Part shown: piece by piece, positions 12,036-25,300 of the stretch
Layout of the letters: the number at the start of each line of letters is the position of its first letter
Position numbering within the stretch: the first letter of the stretch is position 1
Source of the DNA: Octopus sinensis
Taxonomy: Eukaryota
Length of the DNA: 64,000 nt
NCBI RefSeq assembly: GCF_006345805.1
Contig: NC_043015.1
Span: forward strand, 18,786,001-18,850,000
Reading direction: 5' to 3'
The notes under the pieces: model-generated
Told to the model about the DNA's origin: nothing
The model's database searches: none
Seen by the model: the letters and a program-made list of their open reading frames with translations, nothing else
Made by a program: the position numbers and the translations under genes

Positions 12036-12036
<1 letters not shown>

Positions 12037-12823
12037 TAGCAGTATTGCCCGGCTCGTGCGCTCGTGCGTTCTATGCACGCGCGAATTAAGCTAAACTTGG
12101 ATGAAGTTCAATCAAAATTCAATTATTTTGGTTTTAAAATCAAGCATTTAATGCCCTCTATTTTTGCGCTTATGTGTTCCATTTCCTCAATAGGAAGTAC
12201 GTAGAAGCATTTCATAAATTTTTGTTGATCAAATAATTGCATTGTTGAATTATTCTTTTCGATCAGTATTTCTCAACGGGGATTTCAGGGGAGAGTTTCA
12301 GGGAGTCGCTGGCGATGTATCGTGATGACCAAAAATCCGGCCTGCTAAAATTTGGTTAAAGTGATTCAAACTGCAGACTTAACGCAAAATGGTCACATTT
12401 AATTCAAAACGTTTTAAAAATGTTATGAAAACAATTGGTATGTGTTCACAAAGTCCAAACGATTAATACGATAAAACCCTCCAGGCTACATCCCGAAAAT
12501 TCATTTCTTTGCGGAATTTCTACAATGTTTACGGCGATTCGTTTTTATATCTTGATTTTTTTATTATTTTTCATGCAATTTACGCATGCTTGCACGCGTA
12601 GTGTACACAGTTCACGTCAAACAGCTGACTGAGTAAAGTTCACTATTCAATGTATGGGATAAGGCCTAAACAAACACATTATCGATTTTTGCGCTTGCGA
12701 GATGAATTTCGGAACAGAAATAGCGCAGTTCAATTTTCATTCGCCAAAATTTTAAGTGACCCATTTTTGGTGGTTCTACAATTTGTTGGCTAGGAGGAGA
12801 TGTGCCGAGAAGTTAAACACACA

Positions 12824-12873
<50 letters not shown>

Positions 12874-12890
12874 TACACAAGTTGAGTTAT
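12036..12890 (-). mobile_element. Non-autonomous Helitron-like element (3' CTAG end, 5' (TG)n tract)
   Basis: Minus strand ends ...gccgggcaatactgCTAG-T, resembling the Helitron end at 53686; (CA)n near the opposite end; inserted in TA-rich DNA. Confidence 0.55.
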
Positions 12891-13006
12891 ATATATATAT
12901 ATATATAATACACACACACATACACACGCACATATCAAACTTGCATTGATTCCATAAAGGGTAATATCCTCTAGTGGGGACAATATCAACATTGTCTTTT
13001 TAACAG

Positions 13007-13100
13007 CAAATACTTCAAGGTCAACTCATATCAAGTTACGCATACTGGCATTCTGGATTGCATTCGGAGAGTGATCACTCAGCTGATTGGCATACCTAAA
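13007..13100 (+). CDS. Candidate host exon (KYFKVNSYQVTHTGILDCIRRVITQLIGIPK); frame and linkage uncertain
   Basis: Acceptor gtctttttaacag, donor AAA/gttaga, open protein-like frame; phase 0 end does not fit the preferred frame of the next candidate. Confidence 0.35.
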
Positions 13101-13189
13101 GTTAGAGAAACACTCAACTTTGTTTTTTTTCTATAGTTACTATAATGGCCTCCGTTTCTGGGGGCGAACCGGTCTCATACCTCTACCAC

Positions 13190-13277
13190 ACAAGCACCAA
13201 TGGTTCACACGTCTTTCCATTTTTCGTCACCCTCGTTGGGTTCGAACGCCTTCTCCTCGCACTAACCATTACATCCA
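13190..13277 (-). mobile_element. Decayed tRNA-headed SINE
   Basis: Reverse complement gatgtaatggttagtgcg...gttcgaacccaacg has A/B-box-like motifs. Confidence 0.4.
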
Positions 13278-13798
13278 ATCATTCATCCCTAGAATGTCAT
13301 ACTAGACAAGAGAAAAAAATAGAAAAAGTTATGTATATAGAAGGAGAAATGCAAGGAGTGAAAAGCCAGAATGAGAAAAAACTATATGTAAAATGAGGAA
13401 GAAAGAAGGTAAGAAGGAGAGAGAAAGCATGTGTGAGAGAGTGTGTGTGTGTGTGAGAAGAGGTTAATAAACAGAATAAAAAGAAAGTCAGCTCATACTC
13501 AGACTTAGCTGTAAAGAAAAAATAAATTAAAAAATCGGGATGATAATTGTCTCAGTAGCAATGTAAGAGGAAGAGATGTGAAAGGAAAATGTAGAGATGC
13601 AGTGGAAAGATGACGGGAGATACCTGAAAAACCTAAGAAGTAATTATAGTGGGGCGGGGGTTGAAAAAAAAAAGGAAAAACGGAGACGATAGCAGAGAGG
13701 AGTGTGGTGAGATACTTGAGATCCTGATCGTTGGTTCAGACAAGAAGCTGTACTCGGAAGCTGGCTGACATATAGTCCCTTGTTTTCTTCCTATTTAG

Positions 13799-13824
13799 TG
13801 CAATACGGAACAATGCAGAAAGAG
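13799..13824 (+). CDS. Candidate host micro-exon (AIRNNAER)
   Basis: Strong acceptor tcccttgttttcttcctatttag; donor GAG/gtgaaa; phase fits the next exon. Confidence 0.35.
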
Positions 13825-13949
13825 GTGAAATATCGGTATTCTTCTAATTATTTGAATCAATTTTTCTGGTGAAGGCAATTACTAACTACTTCAGGCGTTT
13901 AACCATAACATATTAAAGTACATGCGACTGCATATTCACTCTCATTACT

Positions 13950-14365
13950 GTTGCTGACTCGCTAAAAGCTTACGTGGGATCCTAGGCGGGACATTATTCT
14001 CGTATCCTGGATTACACTGTTACTACATTCATGAATATCATACACCATTTCCAAATGAAAACCATTAGATCGATCGGTTTGATGTTAAATCTCAATACAC
14101 TTCAGCCAAATCCGTTACCTCATTCTGTGAACCACAGATGCACGATCTCATTCCTCTGTCTTTCTATCGTGGGCTAGTAGATTACCAACTCCATCACTCG
14201 AACACACTCGCCTCTCTCTACATCTAATGTTGTACCTACTCTCCTGGGTTCCTCACAAACCAAAATTCACACCATTTCTCGACAAGAGAATAACCCTTCT
14301 GGAGTGTCTTCCTGCCTACATTTTCTCTACAGTGGTTCAAGATGAACATCAACAATAATTTCATC
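13950..14365 (+). mobile_element. Highly decayed CR1-like LINE 3' end
   Basis: Fragments FWSVLPAYIF and FKMNINNNF resemble the CR1 C-terminal LWNSLP..F..FK.NIN. Confidence 0.45.
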
Positions 14366-15076
14366 AGTCTTTGAAGGCCTGCAAAAATTAGGAGCACAGT
14401 GTCTAAGATGTTTTTTATTACTATAAAAAACACCCCAAATCTCCTGGATTTCGCGTGTAAGTTGTAGATACTGTGAAACTCATCTACGTTCTATTTTGCC
14501 AAATAATGTCAACTCAACGAATCTAATATATTCTGACCAGTTTCAAATATAACCGCTCGATTAAAGAGTTTGGAAATTGGTGACACTTTTCCATTTAAAC
14601 TAGAAATATTTTTCTCAAAAACTGATAAGCAATTATTTCCAGCAAAACGTTACTCTGTATAGAAAAGTAGAATAAATTATTATTGTTCTCACCCCCACAC
14701 CTTTTTTATCTTTTAATCTTCACACTTCCGATTAGATTTTAGTTTCTGGTGAATATCTCGGCGAAACCATTGGTCTTAATCTAATAAACTCAAGTCCACC
14801 GTATTTAAAATATCTGATATTTTATTTAATTACTCCGACAAACTATGAATGATTCAGACAGAAATTCTGAGAAAATTAAGATAACGATATTGAAAAGTAT
14901 TTTTCAACAAATACTTAAACAAATTACTGCAATATAGAATGTATTATAAAGAAAATCTTATTGAAAAAGTTAACGAGACATAATTTGTGGAAAGCAAGTT
15001 AGAAACGTGTAGCTGGATATTAAAAAGGGTTACCACTGTGTAAATAATAATTAACTTTGAACGAATATTTTTGCAG

Positions 15077-15110
15077 CTTTTGTTGATAGTCTTCAAGAAA
15101 AGTTACAAAA
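15077..15110 (+). CDS. Candidate host micro-exon (AFVDSLQEKLQK)
   Basis: Acceptor atatttttgcag, donor AAA/gtattc; phase 1 to 2 fits both neighbours. Confidence 0.35.
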
Positions 15111-15171
15111 GTATTCGTTGCAACTAATATTTGGTGATCACCATAAAACAAGTGTTGAATGTCTGATTAAA

Positions 15172-15172
15172 C

Positions 15173-15262
<90 letters not shown>
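15172..15262. repeat. (CTAT)n microsatellite
   Basis: Directly visible. Confidence 0.95.
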
Positions 15263-15263
<1 letters not shown>

Positions 15264-15959
15264 CATGTATGCTTGCATGTATGTACTCCTCTATCTTTCG
15301 CTCTCTCTCTTTCTCTATCTCTGTCTCTCTGTCTCTGTCTGCCTGTCCATCCGCCCGTCTGTCTCTGTCTGTCCGTCTGTATGTCTGTCCGTCTGTCTGT
15401 ATGTCCGTCTGTCCGTCTGTCTATCTGTCTCCCTCTTCTCTCTCACGCAAAAACAAAGATATAAATTTTTAAAGCTCGGATGAAGTTAGAAAAACAGTTT
15501 CTGACGTTTCCAGCAAATTCTTTCTTGAAGGAGCAAGGAAAATGTTTATCATCATTATTACACGATGAGAATATGCGAAGAGTAATGAATAACTGAAAAT
15601 TTCAGAGACTACTAACAGCTTTCATGCTGTATAAAATAGAAAAAGTTGGGGAAGTGGAGGGAGAAAGTGAAGAATATTAGGAACAGAGTGAATTTGGAGG
15701 TAAAGAGAGAATAAGAGAGAGAAGGAATGGAAGGATTAGAACATAATTAATAGGAATGCTGGTCATTTTGAAGCAGAGACAGATTTGTTGTGACTAGTTT
15801 AGCGACCGGGACAAAAAGCTTGTCAATATCATTATTTTACAATAAAAGTCTGTAGGCCCATGTACATACGAACTGTATGAACCAAGCTGATAGTAGATGA
15901 TGCAGTGAGTTAGTTTATTTGTATTTATTTGTAAAGTGTAATGTTTGTTAAGTTCCTAC

Positions 15960-16300
15960 GCCATACTATAATTTCGAGAGAAACTATACGGACCTGACAG
16001 TCAGTGATTTCAAGAGAAAATCCAAACGTATGGAGTATTACAAGTGCAGAGACATGGAAAAAAACTCCATCTATTTGTTCCGCTTCATATGGAAACTGAA
16101 ATCCAGAAAAATACTCCCCCAACATCACATGGAGCATCCTTGGCAATGTCCCTCCTTACCTGTTATTTGTAATTGCCAACATTAACCTCCGTGAGAAATT
16201 GCATACTTTGCAACGGCCTCAAGTATCCATTAACAAAGAAACCCATCTATCATATTCCTGCCATCAAGGAAAAGCTCCATAATGTGCTTCAAAACCATTG
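15960..16300 (+). mobile_element. Decayed Penelope-like GIY-YIG remnant
   Basis: YTDLTVSDFKRK, FIWKLK..PNITWSILGNVPPY and LREKLHTLQ match the PLE endonuclease C-terminal pattern. Confidence 0.6.
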
Positions 16301-16705
16301 ACTGCTGCTAAAACACCGTAAAGACTACCATAACCCCACGGCTCGGATGCGCTTTCAGGATAAACAAAAGCTGCTCGCTCATACTAAACACCAGTGCAAG
16401 CTAGACACCTGACTACAAATACTGTAAAGATAAATCACCTAATACTTTATGCAGCAAATACAACTAACTTGAAAGAATCAGCGTTTACCTAGCTACATAG
16501 AACGGCTGGCATGCATTCCTTCACTGCCTGACGTCGTTGTTAGATCTCACAGGTTGTAGATTAGTACGAACCACAAACAAGATTATCTCTTATCACTTTA
16601 TTCACACTGATCTGACCTCTCAAATGGAGGACTCCAAATCTTCTTGGTTAGGAGTCCGAGACGTCTGAAGAGCTAGATATTAATTTAGTGCGGATAAGTC
16701 AACTA

Positions 16706-16844
<139 letters not shown>

Positions 16845-16994
16845 CACACACACACAGGCGTGCACCCACATTACACGCGTGCACCCCGCCACGTATGTTA
16901 GATGTACGACTGCTGGTGTGAAATTTAGCACAAGTAGATTATCACGAACCCGTCTGCTTCAAGATATACACCTGTTTTATTTCTTCTAAACTTG

Positions 16995-17103
<109 letters not shown>

Positions 17104-18486
17104 TGTGTGTGAGTGTGTATGTGTGTTTGAGTGTGTGTGCGTGTATGTATATAAATATATGTGTATGTGTGTGTATATATGTATATATATGTGTGCATGT
17201 GTGTGTGTGTGGCTGCGTGTGGATGGGTGATCAAAATTAGAAGTTAAATAATTTTTGAAGAAATATTTACATGTAGGGGAATAATAATTTTATGCTGTTG
17301 CATATGTTGCATATGTTCTAACTGCGTTTTAGTAAAATTGGCTTGCTGGCGAAATGAAAGTGAAAGGAAATTACTTCAATACTTACAATAATATTTTTTA
17401 ATTAATTACAAAAATGAAATGACGTGATATAAAATTCCAGCAAACTCTAGTTTCCAGTCGGTTATCTATTGAACTAAGATTTTCACACATGGAAGTGAAA
17501 CACAAAAACAAAGAATAACAATGAGTAGAAGTACATTTGCCAACTTGTGTATTTATTTGGAAAACCAATATAACCATTCACGTAAGCATGAAGTCTCACA
17601 GTTGTGTTATATTGAATTAATATTATTGAATTTCCTGTTAACGGCGTAATTCAATTTGCAACAGTTTTCTTACTTCGTTTGTACCAACTGTTCCTAATTC
17701 CATCTATTTGTTATTTTTGGGTATTTCTTTCTAATTATGTGTCTCGAAAAAGTTCCATTTTAGACAACTTTTTCTAACGGAGGAATTTGAAAACAATCTA
17801 TGAATAGCCACATATTATCTTCAGAGATCCCTGGGAATAGATTTGAAGAGTAATTCCTCTTTTGATGACGAGTTAAAATAATTTGTGCCAATCTTTAGAG
17901 ATTACAATTCCCCAATGGTTCTGTAAAGGTCGATTGGATATTTCACTGAGTTGAATGGATCAACGAAATTTTGACATTATTTTATAAGGAATTAATGTCA
18001 TTGTTGTAAGCTGAAATCTTGGGACAAGAGAACTGTGTCGAGGGATGTTTAATTAGAAATATGTTATCTTATTACGAAGTAACTCAATAGCGGGAAGGTT
18101 CCATATCTACTATCAGATGTATGAATTAAATTATTCCATTGCCTCTCCACTCGATCCCCACTGTTTGTGCATCTCTGTCTGTCTGTCTTTCACACACGCA
18201 CATTTGCATGAGTTTCCATATGTATGTAAGCATATGCTCATATACAATATATGCATAAGTGTATTTATATAAGCAAAGTAGCTAGTTAGAAAAATCTCAA
18301 TAAGAGATGAAAATAGCAACTATGTTAAGATGTAATATTTATCACCACATCAATATAGCTGTGCGACGTTACTTCCGTTTTAACCCTAGGTAAATTCCCC
18401 GCCAGTTAGTTGGCGGTGCAACCTGCACCCTCTATATATTGAAAGCAGGGAAGCGGACCCCTACCATCTCCCAGAAGACGACAGGA

Positions 18487-18535
18487 TCACGAAACCGAAA
18501 GGTTTCGGGCTACTTGTGCCCATTTCCAGTCGTGA
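18487..18535 (-). ncRNA. Decayed type I hammerhead
   Basis: Reverse complement reads tcacga CTGGAAA t gggc-acaagta-gccc GAAA cc-tttc-gg TT tcgtga; core mutated. Confidence 0.45.
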
Positions 18536-18614
18536 ACACCAGACTTCTAGATATAGTAGGGATTCTCTTCAGCTCGCGATATATAGAAAAGTAAGCGACT
18601 ATTGGTCTCTGATT

Positions 18615-18664
18615 TTACGATTGAAGATGGGCACAAGTAACCCGAAACCGATTCGGTCTCGTAA
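18615..18664 (+). ncRNA. Type I hammerhead-like motif with an extra U after A9 and a C3U change
   Basis: ttacga TTGAAGA t gggc-acaagta-accc GAAA ccg-att-cgg TC tcgtaa. Confidence 0.55.
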
Positions 18665-18964
18665 TCCCGTCGTCTGCCGGAGGATGGTATGAGTTCGTTC
18701 CCCTGTTTACAAAATATACAGGGTGCAGGCTGCACCTATAATCAGCTGATGGAAGATCTGCCTGGGGTTAAAACGGTAGTAACATTGAACAGTCATATTG
18801 ATGTGACGATTAACATTACTTATATATATATATGTATATGTATATGTATATGTATATATACATACATACATACATACATCGATACATAGATACATAGATA
18901 CATACATACATACATACATACATCGATACATAGATACATACATACATACATACATACATACATA

Positions 18965-19195
18965 CAGGGTGTTCGGGCTAAATTTGATGATTTATATGTC
19001 TCCATTTTTTAGGGAACAGCTTGATGTAGTGGTGAATAGTCAACGGCATTGGAGAGCATAAAGATTAAAATTGTATTTCTGAAAATGTTTGCTGTCTTGA
19101 AGGATCGGAAACCGTCTGAAAATCGGAATAGAGTTACCTGTGTTATGTTGATTCGTGCCGGCTATGAAAATGTCGACATCATAACTGCTGCTCTC
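18965..19195 (+). mobile_element. 5' fragment of a Tc1/mariner element
   Basis: Starts TA-CAGGGTG (TIR-like), followed by a decayed transposase-start-like sequence. Confidence 0.4.
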
Positions 19196-19268
19196 TATTT
19201 AAAAATGTAAACAAGAGAGAGTATTATTGCACAATACTACAATTGTTGCATCTCCACTTTACTTCTAG

Positions 19269-19337
19269 AGTATTGCCGAAAGATTATGCTAGATATTTCA
19301 TACAATACGTTGTATCATTATTACTTCATCAACATTG
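19269..19337 (+). CDS. Candidate host exon (VLPKDYARYFIQYVVSLLLHQH), protein unidentified
   Basis: Acceptor ctccactttacttctag, donor TTG/gtaagt; 69 nt, phase 2 to 2. Confidence 0.55.
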
Positions 19338-19698
19338 GTAAGTGTTGATTCTCCAGGTGTGGATGCATAGAAAGTCTGCTAAATCAAGATATATTCCACA
19401 GAATATATACCCCATTTTTTATTCTATCTATAACCATTTCATTAGCGTATGACAGTTACCAAAAAATAAATAAATAAATAAAAAAATAAAAAAATAAATA
19501 CTATTAGATCCTGAATCTCGGATTCTGTTCCATTGGTTAAGAAATGGGGCGAATGAATAAAACGAAAATAATTTATAAACTTAATGATTTGATACTGTTC
19601 TCATCACCGCGGCCGTTGTAGAAGAAATACCGAAAGAAATCGCGACTTACAGACACTTGTCTGAATACACTGCTGTTATTTATCCTATATTTTGTTAG

Positions 19699-19772
19699 TG
19701 TTATCCGAGCGCCTTCCAGTACTTCCACATTATGGCCGTATGCAGAGAAGTTGGTACTTCAGAGATACAAAG
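19699..19772 (+). CDS. Candidate host exon (CVIRAPSSTSTLWPYAEKLVLQRYK)
   Basis: Acceptor tatcctatattttgttag, donor AAG/gtatgt; 74 nt, phase 2 to 1; locally GC-richer. Confidence 0.55.
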
Positions 19773-20174
19773 GTATGTTACAATACACTTGTAGCAGTAC
19801 AATATTTCGCATGAAATTGATTCCCAGAGTTGAGCCAAACATATTGTTCTCCAAAACATTCTCTTAAAATCTATGATGCAAATACAGTCCCTGAATCTTT
19901 CACACTTGCATGAACTGCTTGCAAACCAATCTCTTTTCACACAGCATGTAGCATTATTCCTGTTAATTTAATTTTAATATCAAAGACTTTCAGATTGAAC
20001 TACTTCCAAGTGGGTTGCTACTGTTATTTCATGATAAAGCCTTTGTATCATAACCATTTCTACTATTTTTTTTCATGTAGAGAATCGATAAAAATAAATA
20101 TCAGGAAATATGCATTTGAAATTGCTTTATCACTATTTAAGATTCTTTCATTAAGAGTTACAATGATATAACCA

Positions 20175-20312
20175 TCACCACCACCACCACCATCAGCCCC
20201 CCCCACTGCCACCATCCCCCTGCCGCCGCCGCCGCCGCCGCCGCCACCACCACCACCACCATCAACCCCCCACTGCCCCCGCCGCCGCCGCCGCTACCAC
20301 CACCACCACCAC
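20175..20312. repeat. GC-rich (CCA)n/(CCG)n compound trinucleotide repeat
   Basis: Directly visible. Confidence 0.9.
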
Positions 20313-21022
20313 CACAGCATGTAGCATTACGTCATCGTCGCCGTTGTCGTCAGTGACGTTGATAATCACAATTGCCAAAACTATTACTGTGAGTATTAAT
20401 CTCTTTATAATACTTAAAGGTGAGTCATAAAAGAGTTGTAGCTAAGAGTATACCGACACCATGAGTTAGCTAAAATTTTTGGTTCAAGCTATTTTACTTC
20501 ACTTTGTCTCCAGTAAACACATGAACATCATGACATCTGTTTATTCCTCTACTTAAGTCAGTAGTTCTAATTGTTTGTTACTTGATGGACTTGTCTATTA
20601 AATTGTAACTGTCTTTACAAGAGACTCAGCACTAGGAAGGAAATCGGATTAAAATAGCTAATCCTGCCATTGGCTGGATGGCACTCTGTTGCCTTGGTCA
20701 GCTGCAACTTTAATTCTATTTCGCTGACTTTTTGTGTATATATATGTGCGTTTAGAATCGAAACTACGTTTTGATATAAATTAGTGTTGTATGCACAAAT
20801 TTTACAAAAGCTTCATTCCTGACGCGTAGAATTTATTTAAAATTTTATTGCTCAAAATTCTTTTTACTTTATTTTAGTTTATTGCTAATATTTTATTTAC
20901 ATTTATCAGGATTTATATATTTCTTTTTCCGTTCCCAAATTCATTCAGAAATCCTATTTCTTATTAAATTAATCTGTGATTATTTTTAAATACTTTAGCA
21001 TTTAATAAAATGTCCTTTGCAG

Positions 21023-21069
21023 ATTCGTATCTTTACCCGACATTAATCAAATACCTTGAATCACGAAAG
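21023..21069 (+). CDS. Candidate host exon (DSYLYPTLIKYLESRK)
   Basis: Acceptor atgtcctttgcag, donor AAG/gtgaat; its only open frame (phase 1 to 0) matches the previous exon. Confidence 0.5.
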
Positions 21070-21681
21070 GTGAATCAAGTGAACGAAAAATTTCTTAGAT
21101 TTGCAGTTAAACAGTTGGTGAAAGATTTGAGGAGATTTTGGTTTTCAAATTTTCAGTTACTGATGACTATAATCAATATTGAAGATTTTGATTTCTACCA
21201 AATGTTTAGATATTGTTCCCTGTATTGAAGAAAATGATAGCAGTCCAAACTCCTATTTTCAAGTAATTTTCGTTTTTGCATCTGGTAGTTTGGAATCTGG
21301 TAGTAAACTTTATCCTTTTAACTCAAAAGTTAAGATAACAACAAAAGTTACAAGGGCTATCTTCCTCCTCCTCCTCCTCTTCCTCATCATCATCATCGCA
21401 GTCGTCGTCATCATCATCATCATTACTCCTACTATATCCATGGAAATATTTAATATGAGAATTTTTTTAGTTATACAAGCTCAACAAAAAACATTACAGC
21501 TATCATTTCAATCAGCCGCCAAAGAATAATTTTAATAACTAAATTATAAGGGTACATTAACAATCGGAGATAGATTATACTCGTACAAAAAAAATGCAGC
21601 TAAAAATTACTATAGTTAAATTATAGTAAAAAAAATCATAATACATAGAAAAATATGCGCGCGTGTTACAAAATTTGCATT

Positions 21682-21715
<34 letters not shown>

Positions 21716-21906
21716 GAGAGAGAGAGAGAGGGAGGGAGAAAGGGAGAGAGGGAGAGAGAGGAGGTAGAGAGAAAGAGGAAAACAAAAGAGTAAAATCATT
21801 AAGGAAAGCCAAACGATTGATATCGAGAGGTCGTTAGACGATTCATTAGTTAGGAGTTAGGAACAGACACAATTAAATATATGTCTGATACAAAGTACAA
21901 ACACAC

Positions 21907-21946
<40 letters not shown>

Positions 21947-22035
21947 GCACACACACACACACATACATGCACCTACGTACTGATAAATACATACACATAC
22001 CCGTATCAGCCTCCCCTACACACACTGATATATAC

Positions 22036-22147
<112 letters not shown>

Positions 22148-22196
22148 GTATATATGTATACACGCATACAGACCTATAAATATATATACATATATA

Positions 22197-22986
22197 CAGG
22201 GCGCGGTGAATGTATTGTCGTCTAAATTACGCAAAAATGAAAGTAACAGTGATAGTGACGTTAACAGATATATTTACCAAAATTACATTAAAATATCTTG
22301 ACATACTAAAGAGTAAATTTATTCAATAAAATCCCCATTGGCTTCAACCACGGCCTCCAGACAACTTCGGAATCTCCTGCAACTCTTCTGGATGGTTTCC
22401 TTGTTTAAGTTGGTGAATGCTGCATTAATCCTAGCCTTCAGTTCATCTTTGCTGCTACAATGAGTTTTGCTGGTCTCTCGCTCAGTTGCACCCCACACAT
22501 AATAATCAAGGAGGCTGCAGTCTGGGGAGTTAGGTGGCCAGATATTAGGGGTGGTGTGTCGCAGAAACTGTGTAAAGGCCATGACTTGGTGCTCCTGCTT
22601 GTGTGGCATGATACAGAGTCTTGTTGCCAGACATAGGGTCTTCCAGCAGCTACTCTTTTGACCCAGGGCTGCAATACTTCCTCCAAGCACTTGATGTAGG
22701 CTTCCTTGTTGAGTGTGAGGCCGTGTGGGAAGATGAATGGAGGCATAACTTCACAATCGCTAGTAATCACTCCTAACACCTTGATGTTGACTGGATGATT
22801 GATTTTTATCACTCTCAGTACATGTTTTGAGGACTCGGATTGACACCAACACTCCGAAATGTTCGTATTGGAGTTTCCAGCACAAAATTCAAGCAGTACG
22901 GCATGTTGTTTCAAAACTTCTGGAAGAAGTTTCGCATGCGCGAAATTAAAAATATAAAATGGCTTCAATTTACCCATCGCAACCTG
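22197..22986 (-). mobile_element. Internally deleted IS630-Tc1-mariner element of maT-like DD..D type
   Basis: YVWQQDS..CHTS and IWPPNSPDCSLLDYYVWGATERET; imperfect TIRs CAGG..GCG.TG with TA on both sides. Confidence 0.85.
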
Positions 22987-23399
22987 TACATATAAATATA
23001 GACATACATACACATGCATACAAATACATACCTCCGCATACATATGCGCACACACGCACGTACACAAACACACACACACACACACACACACACCTATCTA
23101 CATGCGTGTGGGTGAATTAAATATGGATTTACTCATATAGTTTTGGAAGCTTTTCTAAATCCATTATATTGCTGGAAACACTTCTGTATGGTCAATGGGT
23201 ATTTCAGGATCACAAACGTTTCGCCCGTTAGACTGTATGCTTAGCCTGAGTGGGGTAGTGAGGAGTGAACTTAGTCGTCACCTACAGAAGACTACCAACC
23301 GAAAATTATGACGATGTAAAAAGATAAATAATAATGAATATAGGAGTACGTTTCTAGTCTACATGCTAATTTCCCTAATGCACTCTCTTACCAACCATA

Positions 23400-25300
23400 G
23401 TTGACTTAGTTTCAACTGCCGTGCCTCTCTACTTGATGTCTTTCTTCGATTATTTGGGTTCCAAACCTATCTTACTAAATTAGCTAAAATGCCGCCGCAG
23501 CTGACTTCAGTGGAGAATGAAGATGTATGCCATCCCTTCACAAGAGCCTTGTCGACTAAGTTCCGATTTATCGTTTTCTTTAGCTGGAAATATTTAGTCC
23601 GTCTTTCCAGGACACTGCAAGTTCGACCACAATGCTTGTTTTTGAGTTTCTGGAGAGCAGGAACATATCTAGTCGGAGTAATGTTACTACTCTTGGAAGA
23701 TAAGTCTGCCACCTGCATCTCCTAGTCTGAGGTTGAACGTAAAATAGAAAACAGCTTTCCTACCACTGCTTTCGCCTAGAGATCTTTCTCGCTCTACTTT
23801 AGGAATTTGACACCCTTTGGTGCTGGTGGATGCTGTTGATTAGTCTTCACTCTTTGCAGATCAGTCCACCTGACAATTTTTGCAAAGATCTTGTCATATC
23901 TCCACTTATATCCTCCTTCTTCCAGTGGGTGCTTGTTTGCTTGATCGCACGGTATCCATTGACACTGGTGGGCAACTCATACTGCTTTCACCTGGCGATA
24001 CGCCTCTTTTGAGTCTCAGATGCTGTAACTGCCAAGCCCTAGCCATTCTTGACAGACTATACCAAAAATCTCCTGGTGTTTCGAGTATTTCACTGCTTAC
24101 TTCACAACTTGGGGATTCAGTCTTGTACCGCACTTAATGGTTTTGTTGGAGTGTCTGATTTTCTCGTCCTCAAACGTGGTGATGCTCTTGCTTTCGTAGC
24201 ATCGAATTCCGTTACCATTGATGAAACTGATAGGCGGAGCCTAGAGGTCTTGCAGTACAGATTGAACGAACTGAAATTTGGGGGAACGCCCAGCCAATTT
24301 CACACAAACCTTCTACACGGCCTCTCCATTGCCTCTATTCGTGTCAAGGCAAAGTTGTAAAATAAAAACGGCCAGTGTAGTCTGGGTGTGATGCCATACG
24401 GAAAGCACCATACTTTGAACTTTTCAAGAAGCTGACTTTTTTCAAATGCCCCTTGCCAGTTATCTAGTTGAGTTTTGTGTCTTCAGTATTGCCAATGTTC
24501 TTAAGAGTGTGGGACTCCTTTTTTTGGTGCGTCAGAATCCCAGAGCCCTGAATACTGAAGATGTCATTTGTCAGCTTTTCTTTAAGGATATTTGGGCTCT
24601 GAAATTTCGCTGGGTTGAACTTGAAGCGTGTCCATGAGGCCATCTTTCTCAGCGAGTTCTCTGTCCACTGTGCTCCTTCGATTGATAGTATCATAACCAT
24701 TGTCGTCCATGAATGTCTTGCAAACTGTATTTCCTGTGTTTCCGTCAGTTTCGGAACCTTTCGACTTGCTTTCCTGCTATCTCTAGCAGCAAGTTCATGG
24801 CCACCACAAACAACACTTCAGAAATTGTGCACCATGCCATAATGTTCATCCTCAACTAATCCATGTGGGACATTATGAGGCCGACTACTTCTGTTGATAC
24901 TTGATAGTACTCCAATGCAGTTCATAATAGCTGGTAAGATACATCTGGGTACGCTTTGGTAAGATCCAACAATACAATGGAGAGTGATTTGTTCCTCTTT
25001 GCTTCCTCAATGAAACAGCTGATCGCTGATGTGTGTTCAAGGGATCTAAAGTAGCTTGGGACTCCTTCCTTCTGGACACTCGTGTCGATGCACTCGTTGA
25101 CCAAGAGATATGATGTTAACCTTTTGGCAATAATTGCCCAAAAGACTTTCCTCTCAACCTTCAAAAGAAAGATCTCTCAAAACTCGGATAAAATGGCCTT
25201 CAGCGGGTGTCCAGAATCACGATTTCTTCTTCTTCCAGATGAAACTTTAAAAGTCTTGTTAGCCTCATTAACACTAGTGGCCAGCTTTTGTCAATAGCCC
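23400..25300 (-). mobile_element. Decayed HERO/NeSL-like non-LTR retrotransposon (RT plus RLE endonuclease)
   Basis: KVFWAIIAKRLTSYLL.N..IDTSVQKEG..LEHTS, VLLDLTKAY, WTRFKFNPAK, WLGVPPNFSS and KGWHTSSFSTEVSCGG; many stops. Confidence 0.8.

Larger units (their letters stand above)
18351..18800. mobile_element. Diverged fold-back PLE/pLTR-type element with a hammerhead motif in each arm
   Basis: 18351-18537 is imperfectly inverted to 18613-18800. Confidence 0.75.

Noticed and set aside
13031-13098. Minus-strand terminal exon reading YANQLSDHSPNAIQNASMRNLI*
   Set aside because: No compatible minus-strand partner exons; the + strand reading has better support
14236-14433. Minus-strand ORF with a good acceptor (GLQRLMKLLLMF...)
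   Set aside because: It is antisense to a decayed CR1-like 3' end on the + strand
23200-23310. GAAACG-containing stretches here and near 37470, 48880 and 52850 as further hammerheads
   Set aside because: No matching CUGANGA core with pairing helices could be assembled
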